The notes below the pieces were generated by a model. It saw nothing but the letters and a program-made list of their open reading frames with translations, was not told the DNA's origin and searched no databases. DNA of 64,000 nucleotides from Candidatus Woesearchaeota archaeon (GTDB lineage Archaea > Nanobdellota > Nanobdellia > Woesearchaeales > GW2011-AR4), in the NCBI GenBank assembly GCA_018303655.1, contig JAGVXT010000021.1, positions 18,811 through 82,810 of the forward strand. The letters are read 5' to 3'. Below are positions 36,435 through 46,775 of this stretch, piece by piece (position 1 is the first letter of the stretch; each line of letters opens with the position of its first letter). A program made the position numbers and the translations under genes.

Positions 36435-37160
36435 TTAATTTTTTGCAGTTTTTGTAATGAAGAAGTAAATTCTTTCCTTGCCTTTATAGAGCTTGAAAAC
36501 AGGCACAAGCAGCTTCAGGGCTGTCCTGCTTGGCAGCTTGGTGAGGATATTCTTGTCAAGCAGATTCAGATAATATGCCAGCCTGGGATGTGTCCCGTAT
36601 TCTGTCCTTAGGGTGTAATTATCATTTTTACTTAAAAAACTGTTTATTTCATCAATGTCGGGGGAGCCTTTGACCTTTATGTCATGGATGCCCTTGGATA
36701 TCGTGCCAGTTTTGTTCCATTTGCTTAATATTTTTTTATGCCACTTGTGAAGCCCGAAAATGGTGGTAAACGCGACATATTTTTTTGAAACCCTGTACAT
36801 TTCCTCCAGAGTTCTTCTTCTTTTCCCGCTTGGAAGGTGCTCGTAGCAGTCAGTTGATATCACAACATCAAACTCGTTATTTTTGAATGGGAATTTTTCA
36901 ACAGCCGAGTGCTTTAATTGCTTTAGGTACGGGCTTGGCTTGCCATGAAATTGTATGTCTATTCCTGTGACGGGAGTTTTTATGAATTTGGTGATTCCGG
37001 CACCTCCTGAGCCTATCTCCAGAATTCTTAAGTTTTTATTTTCCTTCTTGAGTTTTTTTACGAAGTTAACGATAGGCCGGTTTCTTAAAACCTGGTTTAC
37101 AGGTATAGCTAGCATTGAATCATAGCTGAGCTTTTCCCTTAAAAAATTTTTTAGATTCAT
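36435..37160 (-). CDS. Class I SAM-dependent methyltransferase
   Basis: ILEIGSGG, FPF.NNEFD, EH, EMYRV. Confidence 0.85.
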   Translation of the reverse strand: MNLKNFLREKLSYDSMLAIPVNQVLRNRPIVNFVKKLKKENKNLRILEIGSGGAGITKFIKTPVTGIDIQFHGKPSPYLKQLKHSAVEKFPFKNNEFDVVISTDCYEHLPSGKRRRTLEEMYRVSKKYVAFTTIFGLHKWHKKILSKWNKTGTISKGIHDIKVKGSPDIDEINSFLSKNDNYTLRTEYGTHPRLAYYLNLLDKNILTKLPSRTALKLLVPVFKLYKGKERIYFFITKTAKN

Positions 37161-37330
37161 TTCAAGGACTATCAATCATTAAAGTTTTATATATTTTATT
37201 TTTTAATTTTGACGTATATCTAATTTAATGTCCGGGTTGATTAGTATTATTTAAACCTTATTATTTGTTTTTGGGCATGGCCAACGCCCCACAAAACACT
37301 TAAATACAGAAATTGTTTCTTTCTCCGCAT

Positions 37331-38422
37331 ATGAAAATACTGGTTTTTACAAGCAGGTACACTGCATCAAGGGACATAATCAGCGAGGACTTCGGAAGAC
37401 AAGTGAGGCTGTTTGAGCAGCTGGGAAAATTCGGGCATAAGATAGACTTTTTCTGCGTGGATTACAAAAAATTGGAAAACAAGGATACAAAGCTCCATGG
37501 CATGAATATTTTCATCAGGTCGTTCAAGCCTGCAGGATTTTTCAGCTTTTTATCGGATTTGAGGAAAGTAATAAGCAATAAAGATTACGACTTGGTCATC
37601 GCCACTTCTGACCCGTTGTGGGGCGTCATAGGCTATTTTTTATCAAAGAAGTGCAAAAAAAGATTTGTATATGACATACAGGACAACTATTTAGTCTATA
37701 AAAGCTACAAGCTGCCGTTTTTCGGGTTCTTTGAGAGGTATGTGACGAGAAACTCTGATTTGGTCATATGCGCAAGCGACATTTTGGCAAATAATGCAAA
37801 AAAAATAAGGAAAAAGAAAACTGTGACAATACCAAACGGCGTTGACACAAAAATTTTCAGGCCTTTGGACAAGGCAGATTCCAGGAGAAGGCTAAGGCTG
37901 CCTATTGATGCCAAAATAATATCCTACATAGGTTCCATACAGAAAATACAGGGAATGGATATATTGATAAAAGCTTATGAAGAGTTGAGGAAGGAAATAA
38001 AAAATATCAACTTGCTGGTTGCCGGAAGAGTCGGAACCGTCTTCAGGGAAAATTTTGATTTTAACAAGGAAGGCATTATATATCTAGGCTCGCTGCCGCA
38101 AAAAAAAGTTGTTTATGCCATTAACGCCTCTGATGTATTGGTGATTCCCTATCCCAAAAACATCTTTACAGATGTCATGTTTGCGCCTTACAAGATTGTG
38201 GAATTCATGGCCTGCAACAGGCCTATCGTGATTACAGATGCAGGGGAAATGCACAGGCACATAAAAAACAAAAAAATGATTGCAAAGGCCGGAAATATTG
38301 GGGACTTAAAGGAAAAAATAAAGTATGCCCTCAAATTGGAAAAATCCAATTCCAGAAATGCAGCAATGAAGTTTGACTGGAAGAATATTGCGAGAAAGCT
38401 GAATAAGGCTATAAAAGAATGA
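37331..38422 (+). CDS. Glycosyltransferase family 4
   Basis: IPNGVD, KIVEFMAC.RP. Confidence 0.9.
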   Translation: MKILVFTSRYTASRDIISEDFGRQVRLFEQLGKFGHKIDFFCVDYKKLENKDTKLHGMNIFIRSFKPAGFFSFLSDLRKVISNKDYDLVIATSDPLWGVIGYFLSKKCKKRFVYDIQDNYLVYKSYKLPFFGFFERYVTRNSDLVICASDILANNAKKIRKKKTVTIPNGVDTKIFRPLDKADSRRRLRLPIDAKIISYIGSIQKIQGMDILIKAYEELRKEIKNINLLVAGRVGTVFRENFDFNKEGIIYLGSLPQKKVVYAINASDVLVIPYPKNIFTDVMFAPYKIVEFMACNRPIVITDAGEMHRHIKNKKMIAKAGNIGDLKEKIKYALKLEKSNSRNAAMKFDWKNIARKLNKAIKE

Positions 38423-38469
38423 AATAATAATCTTTATAAGCTGTTATAGGCTTCTTAAGAGCGATTTAA

Positions 38470-39498
38470 ATGTTGAATATTGGCGTTATAGGGTGCGGCT
38501 ATTGGGGTCCGAATTTAGTGAGAAATTTCAGTCAGATTAAGGAATGCAATGTTCTATGGTGCTCTGACTTAAGCGATGACCGGCTTCAGCAGATAAAAGA
38601 AATTTATCCAAGAGTAAAAACCACAAAAAACTACATGGAGGTTATAGAAGATAAAAATGTTGATGCTGTTGCAATTGCAACCCCTGTTTCCACACATTTT
38701 GAACTTGCAAAAACAGCATTGCAAAACAACAAGCATGTGCTTGTTGAGAAGCCTTTGGCTGACAACTCAGAACACGCCAAGGAACTGATAGAAATAGCTG
38801 AGAAAAACAAGAAGATTATGATGGTTGACCATACATTTGAGTATGCATCTGCAATAAACAAGATAAAAGGAGTACTGGAGGCTGGGGAGCTTGGGAAGCT
38901 CTTTACAATTGACATGATCAGGGTGAACCTTGGATTGTTCCAAAAGGATATCAATGTTGTATGGGACCTGGCGCCGCATGACATATCCATATTGCTCTTT
39001 TTATTGGGAAGAATGCCAACAAGCGTCAAGGCTGATGGAATGGCTTACATTTTGGAAAATATAGAAGATGATGCGCATATAACCTTGAAATTTCCGGATA
39101 AAATAACAACGCATATGCATGTAAGCTGGCTGGACCCGCTAAAAATAAGAAAAACCACAATAGTCGGAAATAAAAAAATGCTTGTTTATGACGACACTGA
39201 GCAGACAGAAAAAATAAAAATATTTGACAAAGGAGTGACTTTGGAGAAAAATAATCTTCCAAAAGACGAGTATTATGCCACCTGGGAAGAATTCAGGCTG
39301 GTTTACAGGAGAGGCGAAGCCAAAGTCCCTGTTTTGGACAATAAGGAGCCTTTGAATGTCATGTGCAGGCATTTTGCGGAATGTATCAAAAATAATAAAA
39401 AGCCGCTAAGCGACGGGCTTTCAGGCTTGAGGGTTGTTCAGGTTATAGAGGCCATACAGGAATCCCTCAGAAGCAAGGGCAAAGATGTTTTTCTTTAG
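38470..39498 (+). CDS. Gfo/Idh/MocA oxidoreductase
   Basis: IGCGYWG, VEKP, DLAPHDIS, SWLDP.K.R. Confidence 0.92.
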   Translation: MLNIGVIGCGYWGPNLVRNFSQIKECNVLWCSDLSDDRLQQIKEIYPRVKTTKNYMEVIEDKNVDAVAIATPVSTHFELAKTALQNNKHVLVEKPLADNSEHAKELIEIAEKNKKIMMVDHTFEYASAINKIKGVLEAGELGKLFTIDMIRVNLGLFQKDINVVWDLAPHDISILLFLLGRMPTSVKADGMAYILENIEDDAHITLKFPDKITTHMHVSWLDPLKIRKTTIVGNKKMLVYDDTEQTEKIKIFDKGVTLEKNNLPKDEYYATWEEFRLVYRRGEAKVPVLDNKEPLNVMCRHFAECIKNNKKPLSDGLSGLRVVQVIEAIQESLRSKGKDVFL

Positions 39499-39542
39499 CG
39501 AATAAAGCAAATTTTTTAAACTGAATTGTGCAACCAACAAAA

Positions 39543-40016
39543 ATGGGACACAGCATAATAGACAAGGTTAAGCTGGGAAAGAATGTGCAGATATACAATT
39601 TCGCAAACATATACGGCTGCGAGATAGGCGACAACACAAAGATAGGAAGTTATGTGGAAATAAGGGAGAATGTTAAAATAGGAAAAAACTGCAAAATACA
39701 GGCTTTTGCGTTCTTGCCACAGGGCGTCATTCTGGAAGATGAGGTTTTTATTGGGCCTCATGCATGCTTTATTAACGACAAAATACCAAGGGCCGCAGTA
39801 AAAGGCAAGTTAAAGCAGATAGGTAAGGATTGGAAGCCGCTGGCAACAATAGTTAAAAAAGGGGCTTCCATAGGCGCTAATGCAACTATACTTGGGGGAA
39901 TTACAATTGGAGAGAACTCCATTGTAGGAGCCGGGTCTGTTGTGACTAAAGATGTTCCAGATAATGTAATTGTTGCGGGAAATCCTGCCAGAATATTAAA
40001 AAAATTAGGCAAATAA
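39543..40016 (+). CDS. Hexapeptide-repeat N-acetyltransferase (WbpD/WlbB/FdtC-like)
   Basis: LbH repeats, [31 protein letters not shown]. Confidence 0.92.
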   Translation: MGHSIIDKVKLGKNVQIYNFANIYGCEIGDNTKIGSYVEIRENVKIGKNCKIQAFAFLPQGVILEDEVFIGPHACFINDKIPRAAVKGKLKQIGKDWKPLATIVKKGASIGANATILGGITIGENSIVGAGSVVTKDVPDNVIVAGNPARILKKLGK

Positions 40017-40017
40017 A

Positions 40018-41124
40018 ATGCAAATCCCCCTTGTTGATTTAAAAAAGCAATATCTAAGCATAAAAGATGAGATCGATTCCGCTATACAGGAAGTGCTGGA
40101 CAATACAGCATTTATACTTGGAAAAAAGGTCGAAGATTTTGAAGGGAAATTTGCAAGGCTGTGCAATGCAAAGCACTGCGTTGGCGTAAATAACGGAACT
40201 TCTGCATTAAGGCTGGCTCTCCTTGCACTTGGCATCAAAGCTGGCGATGAAGTTATAACAACGCCATTTACATTTATAGCAACAGCAGAGGCAATCTCCC
40301 ATATTGGAGCCAGTCCGGTTTTTGTTGATATAGACGAAAAAACTTATTGCATTGACCCGGAAAAAATAAGGGAAAAAATAACAAAAAAAACCAAAGCCAT
40401 AATTCCTGTTCATTTATTCGGCCAGTCTGCAGATATGGATCCTATACTCGAAATCGCAAAAAAGCACAACTTAAAAGTCATAGAAGATGCTGCCCAAGCC
40501 CATAATGCGCTGTATAAGGATAAAAAAGCCGGCTCTATGGGTGATGCAAGCTGCTTTTCATTTTACCCCGGCAAGAACCTGGGAGCATATGGGGAAGCTG
40601 GCGCTGTATGCACCAATAATAAAGAAATTGCAAAAGAGCTTGTCTTGCTGAGGCAGCATGGAGAGCTGACAAGATATTATCATGACATAATAGGCGACAA
40701 CTGCAGAATGGAGGCAATTCAGGGCGCTGTGCTTGGAGTGAAGATAAAATACATAGAGGAATGGACTGAAAAAAGAAGAAAAAATGCGGAACACTACAAT
40801 AAATTACTGAAAGAATCCGGTATAGCGTTGCCTTACGAGGCAGATTATGCAAGGCACGTTTATCATATTTATGCAATAAGGTTAAAAAACAGGGACATGC
40901 TGAGAGAGTTTCTTGGAAAAAACGGCGTATCCGCAGGAATACACTACCCTATTCCGGTTCATCTGCAGAAGGCTTATTCCTTTATGGGCATGAAGAAAGG
41001 CTCATTCCCAGTATCTGAAAAAGTTGCTGGCGAAATTCTATCCCTTCCGATGTATCCGGAGCTTTCAGAAGAGCAGATGGAGTACGTCTCAAATAGTATA
41101 AATGATTTCATCAAAAATGCGTAA
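40018..41124 (+). CDS. DegT/DnrJ/EryC1/StrS aminotransferase (WbpE-like)
   Basis: NGTSAL, TFIAT, EDAAQAH, SFYPGKNLGAYGEAG. Confidence 0.95.
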   Translation: MQIPLVDLKKQYLSIKDEIDSAIQEVLDNTAFILGKKVEDFEGKFARLCNAKHCVGVNNGTSALRLALLALGIKAGDEVITTPFTFIATAEAISHIGASPVFVDIDEKTYCIDPEKIREKITKKTKAIIPVHLFGQSADMDPILEIAKKHNLKVIEDAAQAHNALYKDKKAGSMGDASCFSFYPGKNLGAYGEAGAVCTNNKEIAKELVLLRQHGELTRYYHDIIGDNCRMEAIQGAVLGVKIKYIEEWTEKRRKNAEHYNKLLKESGIALPYEADYARHVYHIYAIRLKNRDMLREFLGKNGVSAGIHYPIPVHLQKAYSFMGMKKGSFPVSEKVAGEILSLPMYPELSEEQMEYVSNSINDFIKNA

Positions 41125-41126
41125 AA

Positions 41127-41723
41127 ATGCTGAAATTTTTCATTAAAGCCGTAACAAGAATTCTCTCCACTGATTTTTTTGCAAAGCTTCTGTTTGGGAT
41201 TGACTGCAGCAAAAGCACAGCTGGCTATCAGATAGGATTTTCAACAATTCTGATGAAAAAGGCGCTTAAAAAACTTGTAAAAAGCAATGACAAGGTGCTT
41301 GACATCGGCACTGGCGCATTGGCCATACACGGCATCTGGATAAGAAAGAATATTGGCGCTGATGTGGTTGCTACTGAGATAAGCGATAAATATATAGAAA
41401 GCGCGAAAAAGGTTGCAAAATATAATAATATTAACATCAAGATACTAAAATCAGACCTGTTCAAAGGGATAAAAGGCAGATTTGACTGGGTTATATTCAA
41501 TCCGCCATTCAGAAACAGGAAAGATTCCAACGGGTACAGGATAGTTGAAAGGCTTCTGAAGGATGCCCCGGAAAACACAAGGCTGATGATTGTTGTAAAT
41601 GCCTTTTACGCAAACCAAAAAAGGATTGAAGAAACCATTAAGAATAATGACTATGCGATAAAAGATACCATAACAAAATTTCTTAATCCGTCAAAAGTCT
41701 ATATAGTTGAAAAACAGGCTTAG
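41127..41723 (+). CDS. SAM methyltransferase, HemK/RlmF-like (NPPF)
   Basis: VLDIGTG, SDLF, FNPPF. Confidence 0.82.
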   Translation: MLKFFIKAVTRILSTDFFAKLLFGIDCSKSTAGYQIGFSTILMKKALKKLVKSNDKVLDIGTGALAIHGIWIRKNIGADVVATEISDKYIESAKKVAKYNNINIKILKSDLFKGIKGRFDWVIFNPPFRNRKDSNGYRIVERLLKDAPENTRLMIVVNAFYANQKRIEETIKNNDYAIKDTITKFLNPSKVYIVEKQA

Positions 41724-43909
41724 GATATTACCACGCGCTTTGCATTAGAAGGTATACCATACATAATTAGGTTCTTTCCAATAGGTTTGTATTGAACATC
41801 TGCATAATTTTTATTGTCTGTGGTGAACTGCATTTTATTTATTTTTTTCCTTATATGCTGCATTAAGGTGATGTCGGTATAAAAATAATTAGGCAGATTA
41901 TTTTCCAGCTCTATTGAAAACCTGCTTCCCTGCTTTTTTACCCTGCTTATAGCCAATGTTTCCCTTGCTTTATAGTATTTTATTATATCATCAGCGCTGG
42001 CAAACCATACGTCACTGTATTTCTGGAAGAAGTTAAACATGCCAGTAACGAATTTTGGGCATTCTTTATCATATTCCGGAACATGCCCTGATATAATCAT
42101 GTAGTCGCAGCCGCTTCTGTATCTTCTGATGAACTCTTGCCTGACCTTGGTGCAGTTTTTTTTATCAAACATCTCCCCTATGCAAACTCCCCAGAAAAGC
42201 TTTGCAGGAAGGAAAAAATCCAAAGGGGCATTAGGAATAGGCCATTCTCTTATCCATTGGATATACTTTGAGGCTGAAAATGCAACTTTCTCCATAGTGC
42301 CTTTTTCAGTTGCAATGCCGTATGGGGCAGCATAGGAAAAAACATGGGACAATGGGATTTCATTGCGCCATTTGCCAATCCATATTCTCTCAGAGCTTTG
42401 TATTTCGCTTGTTATCGCATCTGCATCGAGCCTGTAAATTCTTGGATGCGTATTTGTATGCAATAAATATGACAAATCCTTATTTTGAAATCTTTTTCTC
42501 AACGGCTTGCCTATTCCTAAAAAGCAAAATAAGGTGCTTAATAATGTCGAGAGCAAAGGATATTCTTTCAGATAAAATATTCTATTGCCGATATAGCAAA
42601 AGCGGTGATAGCCTATTCCCAAAGTCCTTGTGGCTATTGCCATTTGAACCCATCTCGGCATTTTTCCTTTTGCCCTGTAAAGGTAATCGTTTATCTTTGC
42701 GTCATCGGTGATTGCGTTAAATGCCATTTTTTTATTTGACTTCCATCTTGTTATGTAGGCGTTTGAAACAGGTTCTGAGCTCAGATGCACAATATTTCTT
42801 GTCTTAGGCTGGTAAGAGAAAATAGAAGCTATATCATCTATATTTTTTTTTTCAGTGTCAAAGTACATTCCTATTTTCCAGTAGGCTCTTAATGAATGTG
42901 CTGGATAATACCCCTGCGGCTTTCCGGTATACTCTTTTTTGTCAATCTGTTGCCAGTAAGGCCTTTTTGGCTCTGACATTGAATGCCAACTGGCTCCGAA
43001 GAAATTCTTTCCTTTTTCCATGTGAATTCCGTCATTCGGCAGCGCCAGATAAGGGCACATTGCAAAAAATGCATTTTTATCTTTAAAGCAGGCATAGTAA
43101 GGATGTTTTAATGTTGTTATATTTCCCCCATCCGTTTTATTTGAATAAAAAGAATTGGTAGATAATTCTTTATGGATATTATCAAGCCTGAACCAAACCA
43201 AAGAGTTCAGAAATTCAACCTTGTTTCCATCCATGTCCTTTGCTTTGTCGTATTCCATCTCTATCTCTGCTTTTGCAATCATATTTTTGCCGTTGGAGCT
43301 CCAGAAATAATATGTTATTGCTATCGGCAAATATCCTTCCTTTGCGCATTTGTTTCCAAAAATCTTCATTGTTCCGCTTATTTTAATTATCTTGATGATG
43401 TTGGAATCAGAAATAATGCTGAAGTTTGTATCTTGCATGTATTTTTGGAGAAATAAATTTCCTCCGGAAGTGACTAATTGCAGAGGCCCGTACTCATTTT
43501 TATTGATTTTTATTTTTTCTATAGAATAGCCGTTTTTTTCAAATAGAATTGATATTTTTTTTGTTGAAATAGCAAGATAAGAATTATTTTTCATTTCAAT
43601 TTTTTTTTTAGGAATTGCATATTTGCTTGGATTTTTTGATATACTATAAAAAATCCGGATGTATTTTATATTGCTTCTATTCGCTATGATTGCTATATTA
43701 TTTTGACTTATATTATTGGAATAATTCAATTTTTGGGCATAATCTTCCTTGTCTATTAAATCAAACAGCAGTTCTCTGCCGTTGTTGTCAAGAACCTTTA
43801 TGCTGCCAAAATCCGTATTCTCAGGAAATTTCAATTCATCAAAACTTACCAATAATAAAGAATTTTTAATTATTGGATAAACATTTAAAATTATACTTTC
43901 TTTTTTCAT
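41720..43909 (-). CDS. Hypothetical protein with C-terminal polysaccharide-deacetylase-like domain
   Basis: Long ORF; C-terminal ITDD, HTNTHP, APYG, SGH, VWFAS pattern. Confidence 0.6.
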   Translation of the reverse strand: MKKESIILNVYPIIKNSLLLVSFDELKFPENTDFGSIKVLDNNGRELLFDLIDKEDYAQKLNYSNNISQNNIAIIANRSNIKYIRIFYSISKNPSKYAIPKKKIEMKNNSYLAISTKKISILFEKNGYSIEKIKINKNEYGPLQLVTSGGNLFLQKYMQDTNFSIISDSNIIKIIKISGTMKIFGNKCAKEGYLPIAITYYFWSSNGKNMIAKAEIEMEYDKAKDMDGNKVEFLNSLVWFRLDNIHKELSTNSFYSNKTDGGNITTLKHPYYACFKDKNAFFAMCPYLALPNDGIHMEKGKNFFGASWHSMSEPKRPYWQQIDKKEYTGKPQGYYPAHSLRAYWKIGMYFDTEKKNIDDIASIFSYQPKTRNIVHLSSEPVSNAYITRWKSNKKMAFNAITDDAKINDYLYRAKGKMPRWVQMAIATRTLGIGYHRFCYIGNRIFYLKEYPLLSTLLSTLFCFLGIGKPLRKRFQNKDLSYLLHTNTHPRIYRLDADAITSEIQSSERIWIGKWRNEIPLSHVFSYAAPYGIATEKGTMEKVAFSASKYIQWIREWPIPNAPLDFFLPAKLFWGVCIGEMFDKKNCTKVRQEFIRRYRSGCDYMIISGHVPEYDKECPKFVTGMFNFFQKYSDVWFASADDIIKYYKARETLAISRVKKQGSRFSIELENNLPNYFYTDITLMQHIRKKINKMQFTTDNKNYADVQYKPIGKNLIMYGIPSNAKRVVIS

Positions 43910-45123
43910 TTTATTTGGGAAATTAATTCATTAAACTTTCTTCCTATCAAATCCCAGGAGTATATTTTTTTTACTTTCCTTTTGCCATTTAGTGCCAGGC
44001 TTTTCCTAAGCTTTTCATTATGCAATAATTTTATTATAGCAGCTGACAATTGCTTTGAATCTTTCTGCCTTACAAGAAGCCCAGTCTTGTTATTCTCTAA
44101 TATATCTGGGATTCCGCCGACATTGCTCCCTATTACACAAGTTCCTGATGCCAGCGCCTCAAGGAAGACAACTCCAAGCCCCTCCGTGTCGCCGCTTTCT
44201 GTAATTATGGACGGGCCTACAAATAAATCGGCAGTGGCGTAAAATTCCGGCAGATGCATGTTTTCCATTCCTCCGGCAAAGAGCACGTTTTTATCAAGCT
44301 TGAGCTTTTTTGTGAGAATTTCCAGGTTGCTTCTTTCCGGGCCATCCCCAACAACAACAAGCTTCGCTTCAGGAAATTCTTTCACAACATCTTTCATCGC
44401 CATTACAAGGTATTTAATTCCCTTTTTTTCAGCGAGCCTGCCTACGCTCAGGATAAGTTCTTTTTTTACACCAAGTTTTCTTCTTAAGCTTGTATTCCTG
44501 TTTTTCTGCGTGAATAGTTTCAGGTCAACGCCCATTGGAATTATATTTATTTTTTTTTGACCTGAGATTTTTTCCAATTCTTTTTTTGTATAACTGCTGT
44601 TCGCAGTGCAAAAATCCGAATTGCTCACAGCTAAATAGGAGAGGAATCTGAATAATCTGTTTTTCAGCGGAAAAACATCTCCGGCATGGGCTGTTACAAT
44701 ATAAGGAACTCCGAACATTTTTTTGCATAAATAAGCTAGAAAACCCTGGGGCACTGTCCAGTGCGCATGTATCACATTAATTTTCTCCTTTTTTATTAAT
44801 ATTATAGTATTAAAAAATTCAAAGGCAACAAGCAGCGGCAATTGAATGTAGGCAATTTTATATCTTTTTAAGTTTGCAAAAATCCCGCCTTCATAACAAA
44901 CCTTTTGCAGCTTGTACGGAAAGAAATAGCTGAACCTGTATATATTTACATTGTCAATAACTTCATGCTTCTTCGCTTTGTGGAAATGCGGCGCCAATGC
45001 AACTACCTTATGGCCATGGCTGGCCAACAGTCTGCTTAGCACAAAGACAAAATTCGGCTCCGTGTCATTCCTCCATCTAGGGAATGTCGTAGCTGTCACT
45101 AAGATGTTTTTATTGGACATCAA
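43906..45123 (-). CDS. Glycosyltransferase family 4
   Basis: HAHW, PMGVD, VGRLAEKKG, EGLGVVFLEA. Confidence 0.95.
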   Translation of the reverse strand: MMSNKNILVTATTFPRWRNDTEPNFVFVLSRLLASHGHKVVALAPHFHKAKKHEVIDNVNIYRFSYFFPYKLQKVCYEGGIFANLKRYKIAYIQLPLLVAFEFFNTIILIKKEKINVIHAHWTVPQGFLAYLCKKMFGVPYIVTAHAGDVFPLKNRLFRFLSYLAVSNSDFCTANSSYTKKELEKISGQKKINIIPMGVDLKLFTQKNRNTSLRRKLGVKKELILSVGRLAEKKGIKYLVMAMKDVVKEFPEAKLVVVGDGPERSNLEILTKKLKLDKNVLFAGGMENMHLPEFYATADLFVGPSIITESGDTEGLGVVFLEALASGTCVIGSNVGGIPDILENNKTGLLVRQKDSKQLSAAIIKLLHNEKLRKSLALNGKRKVKKIYSWDLIGRKFNELISQIK

Positions 45124-45162
45124 GTAAAGAATATAGTTATTTATTTAAAAAGCTTGTTAAGC

Positions 45163-46653
45163 CTAGGAAGCCAAGACATTTCTTAAGGTTTTATATACTT
45201 TAAGCTCCGGTGTAAAGGAAAAAAGTCCGTGCTTCCATCTGAATTCCAGCCATTTCATGGCTATCGAATAGGGAAGCTTGTTCCATTTGGGAAAAAGGTA
45301 TTTGAACCAGTCTGAGTTTAAGTATGATATCTGCTGTATGTTGTCCAGGTATTTCCTGTCTGTTTCGCACAGGCTAAAATTAACCAAAGTGCTTCCCCAA
45401 TAAAACTTTGACCATTCTTCAAAGCTTTTTGGCGGCTCAAAGCCGTGCTTTATGGCAAGCTCGTACAAGGGAGTTCCGGGATATGGTGTGTAGATGCCTA
45501 TTCCATGGACCTGGGCTCTTGAATTTTCTTCCTTCAGTTTGACCACCATCCTGCACGTCATCTCTATTTCCTCTTTGGTTTCTGTCGGGAAGCCCATCAT
45601 AAAGCTGTACATTGGAGCTATATTATATTTTTTAGTGTCCCTGTTTACCTCATACACCTGTTCTGCCGTATTCGGCTTGTCAATCATCTTGAGTATTCTG
45701 GGGCTTGCGCTCTCTATTCCAAACCTGAATGAGGAGCATCCTGATTTCACTACCTTTTCCTTTATTTCATTTGGCATTTTTGTGTATGTAAAAACCGTGA
45801 TGCCGGAGGAAGTCCACTTTACATCCATGTTTTCCTTTATCATCAAGTCTGCAACATTTTCAACTCTCTTTAAATCCACGAAATAATTATCGTCATGCGC
45901 CCAGATTCCGTCAACCTTGAAGTCATCTACCACCTGCTTGAACATCTCAAAAGTTTTGTCAGCAGGCATGCCCCTCCAGTACATCCTGTTGAAAAAAAGA
46001 TTGTAGCAAAAAGAGCATTTATGCGGGCATCCCCTGCTGGTCACGCCTATGTCAAGCATCCGCCTTACTTCCCCGTCAAACATCATGCTTCCCTCATTGA
46101 TGTACTTTTCAACATCCACAAGGTGCCATGGAGTTGGCTTTATCTCGGCAAGGTTCATCATCTTTTCATCAGGAGTGTGAATTTTTTTTCCGTTTTCCTT
46201 AAAGGAGATGCTGTTTATTTTTTTTAGGTCTTCCTTGTTTTTTAGTGAATTGACAAGCTTCCTGAAGTTTATGTCGCCTTCGCCTCTCACAATTATATCT
46301 ACATATTCATTCTCCAAAGTCTGGTCCGCAAGCATGCTTGCATGAACGCCGCCCCACACAAGCGGTATCGTGTTATCAGCCAAAGACCTGATGTATTTTG
46401 CAGTCTCCAGCCCGTAATTGATCGGCAGGCCTGTCATTGCAGATATGGCAATGCATACAGGCTGTTGGTTTACATAACTGGTAAGCTTGCTTTTCCAGTG
46501 GGGATCCACCCTCTGGTCCAGGATTTTTACATTATATTCATCAAGAAGCTCCGAGGCGATAGACATCAGGCTATGTGGCGGAGAGAAAGCTGTTTTTTTG
46601 TTGGTTTCCCCTCCGGATGGATAGATTAATACTACATCAACACTTTCTGCCAT
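45163..46653 (-). CDS. B12-binding domain radical SAM protein
   Basis: WGGVHAS, GEG, SRGCPHKCSFC, GIES, MMGFPTET; likely start MAESVD. Confidence 0.92.
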   Translation of the reverse strand: MAESVDVVLIYPSGGETNKKTAFSPPHSLMSIASELLDEYNVKILDQRVDPHWKSKLTSYVNQQPVCIAISAMTGLPINYGLETAKYIRSLADNTIPLVWGGVHASMLADQTLENEYVDIIVRGEGDINFRKLVNSLKNKEDLKKINSISFKENGKKIHTPDEKMMNLAEIKPTPWHLVDVEKYINEGSMMFDGEVRRMLDIGVTSRGCPHKCSFCYNLFFNRMYWRGMPADKTFEMFKQVVDDFKVDGIWAHDDNYFVDLKRVENVADLMIKENMDVKWTSSGITVFTYTKMPNEIKEKVVKSGCSSFRFGIESASPRILKMIDKPNTAEQVYEVNRDTKKYNIAPMYSFMMGFPTETKEEIEMTCRMVVKLKEENSRAQVHGIGIYTPYPGTPLYELAIKHGFEPPKSFEEWSKFYWGSTLVNFSLCETDRKYLDNIQQISYLNSDWFKYLFPKWNKLPYSIAMKWLEFRWKHGLFSFTPELKVYKTLRNVLAS

Positions 46654-46775
46654 ATAACTCGCTCTATGGTCATTCTTTAATAGAGTTTCGTATTTAAAGT
46701 TTTCTAAAACCTGCTGCAGCTGGTGCCAGTGATAAAACCAAATCTTTAAATAAAAAGCAGTCGCTTCTTTGGGCA

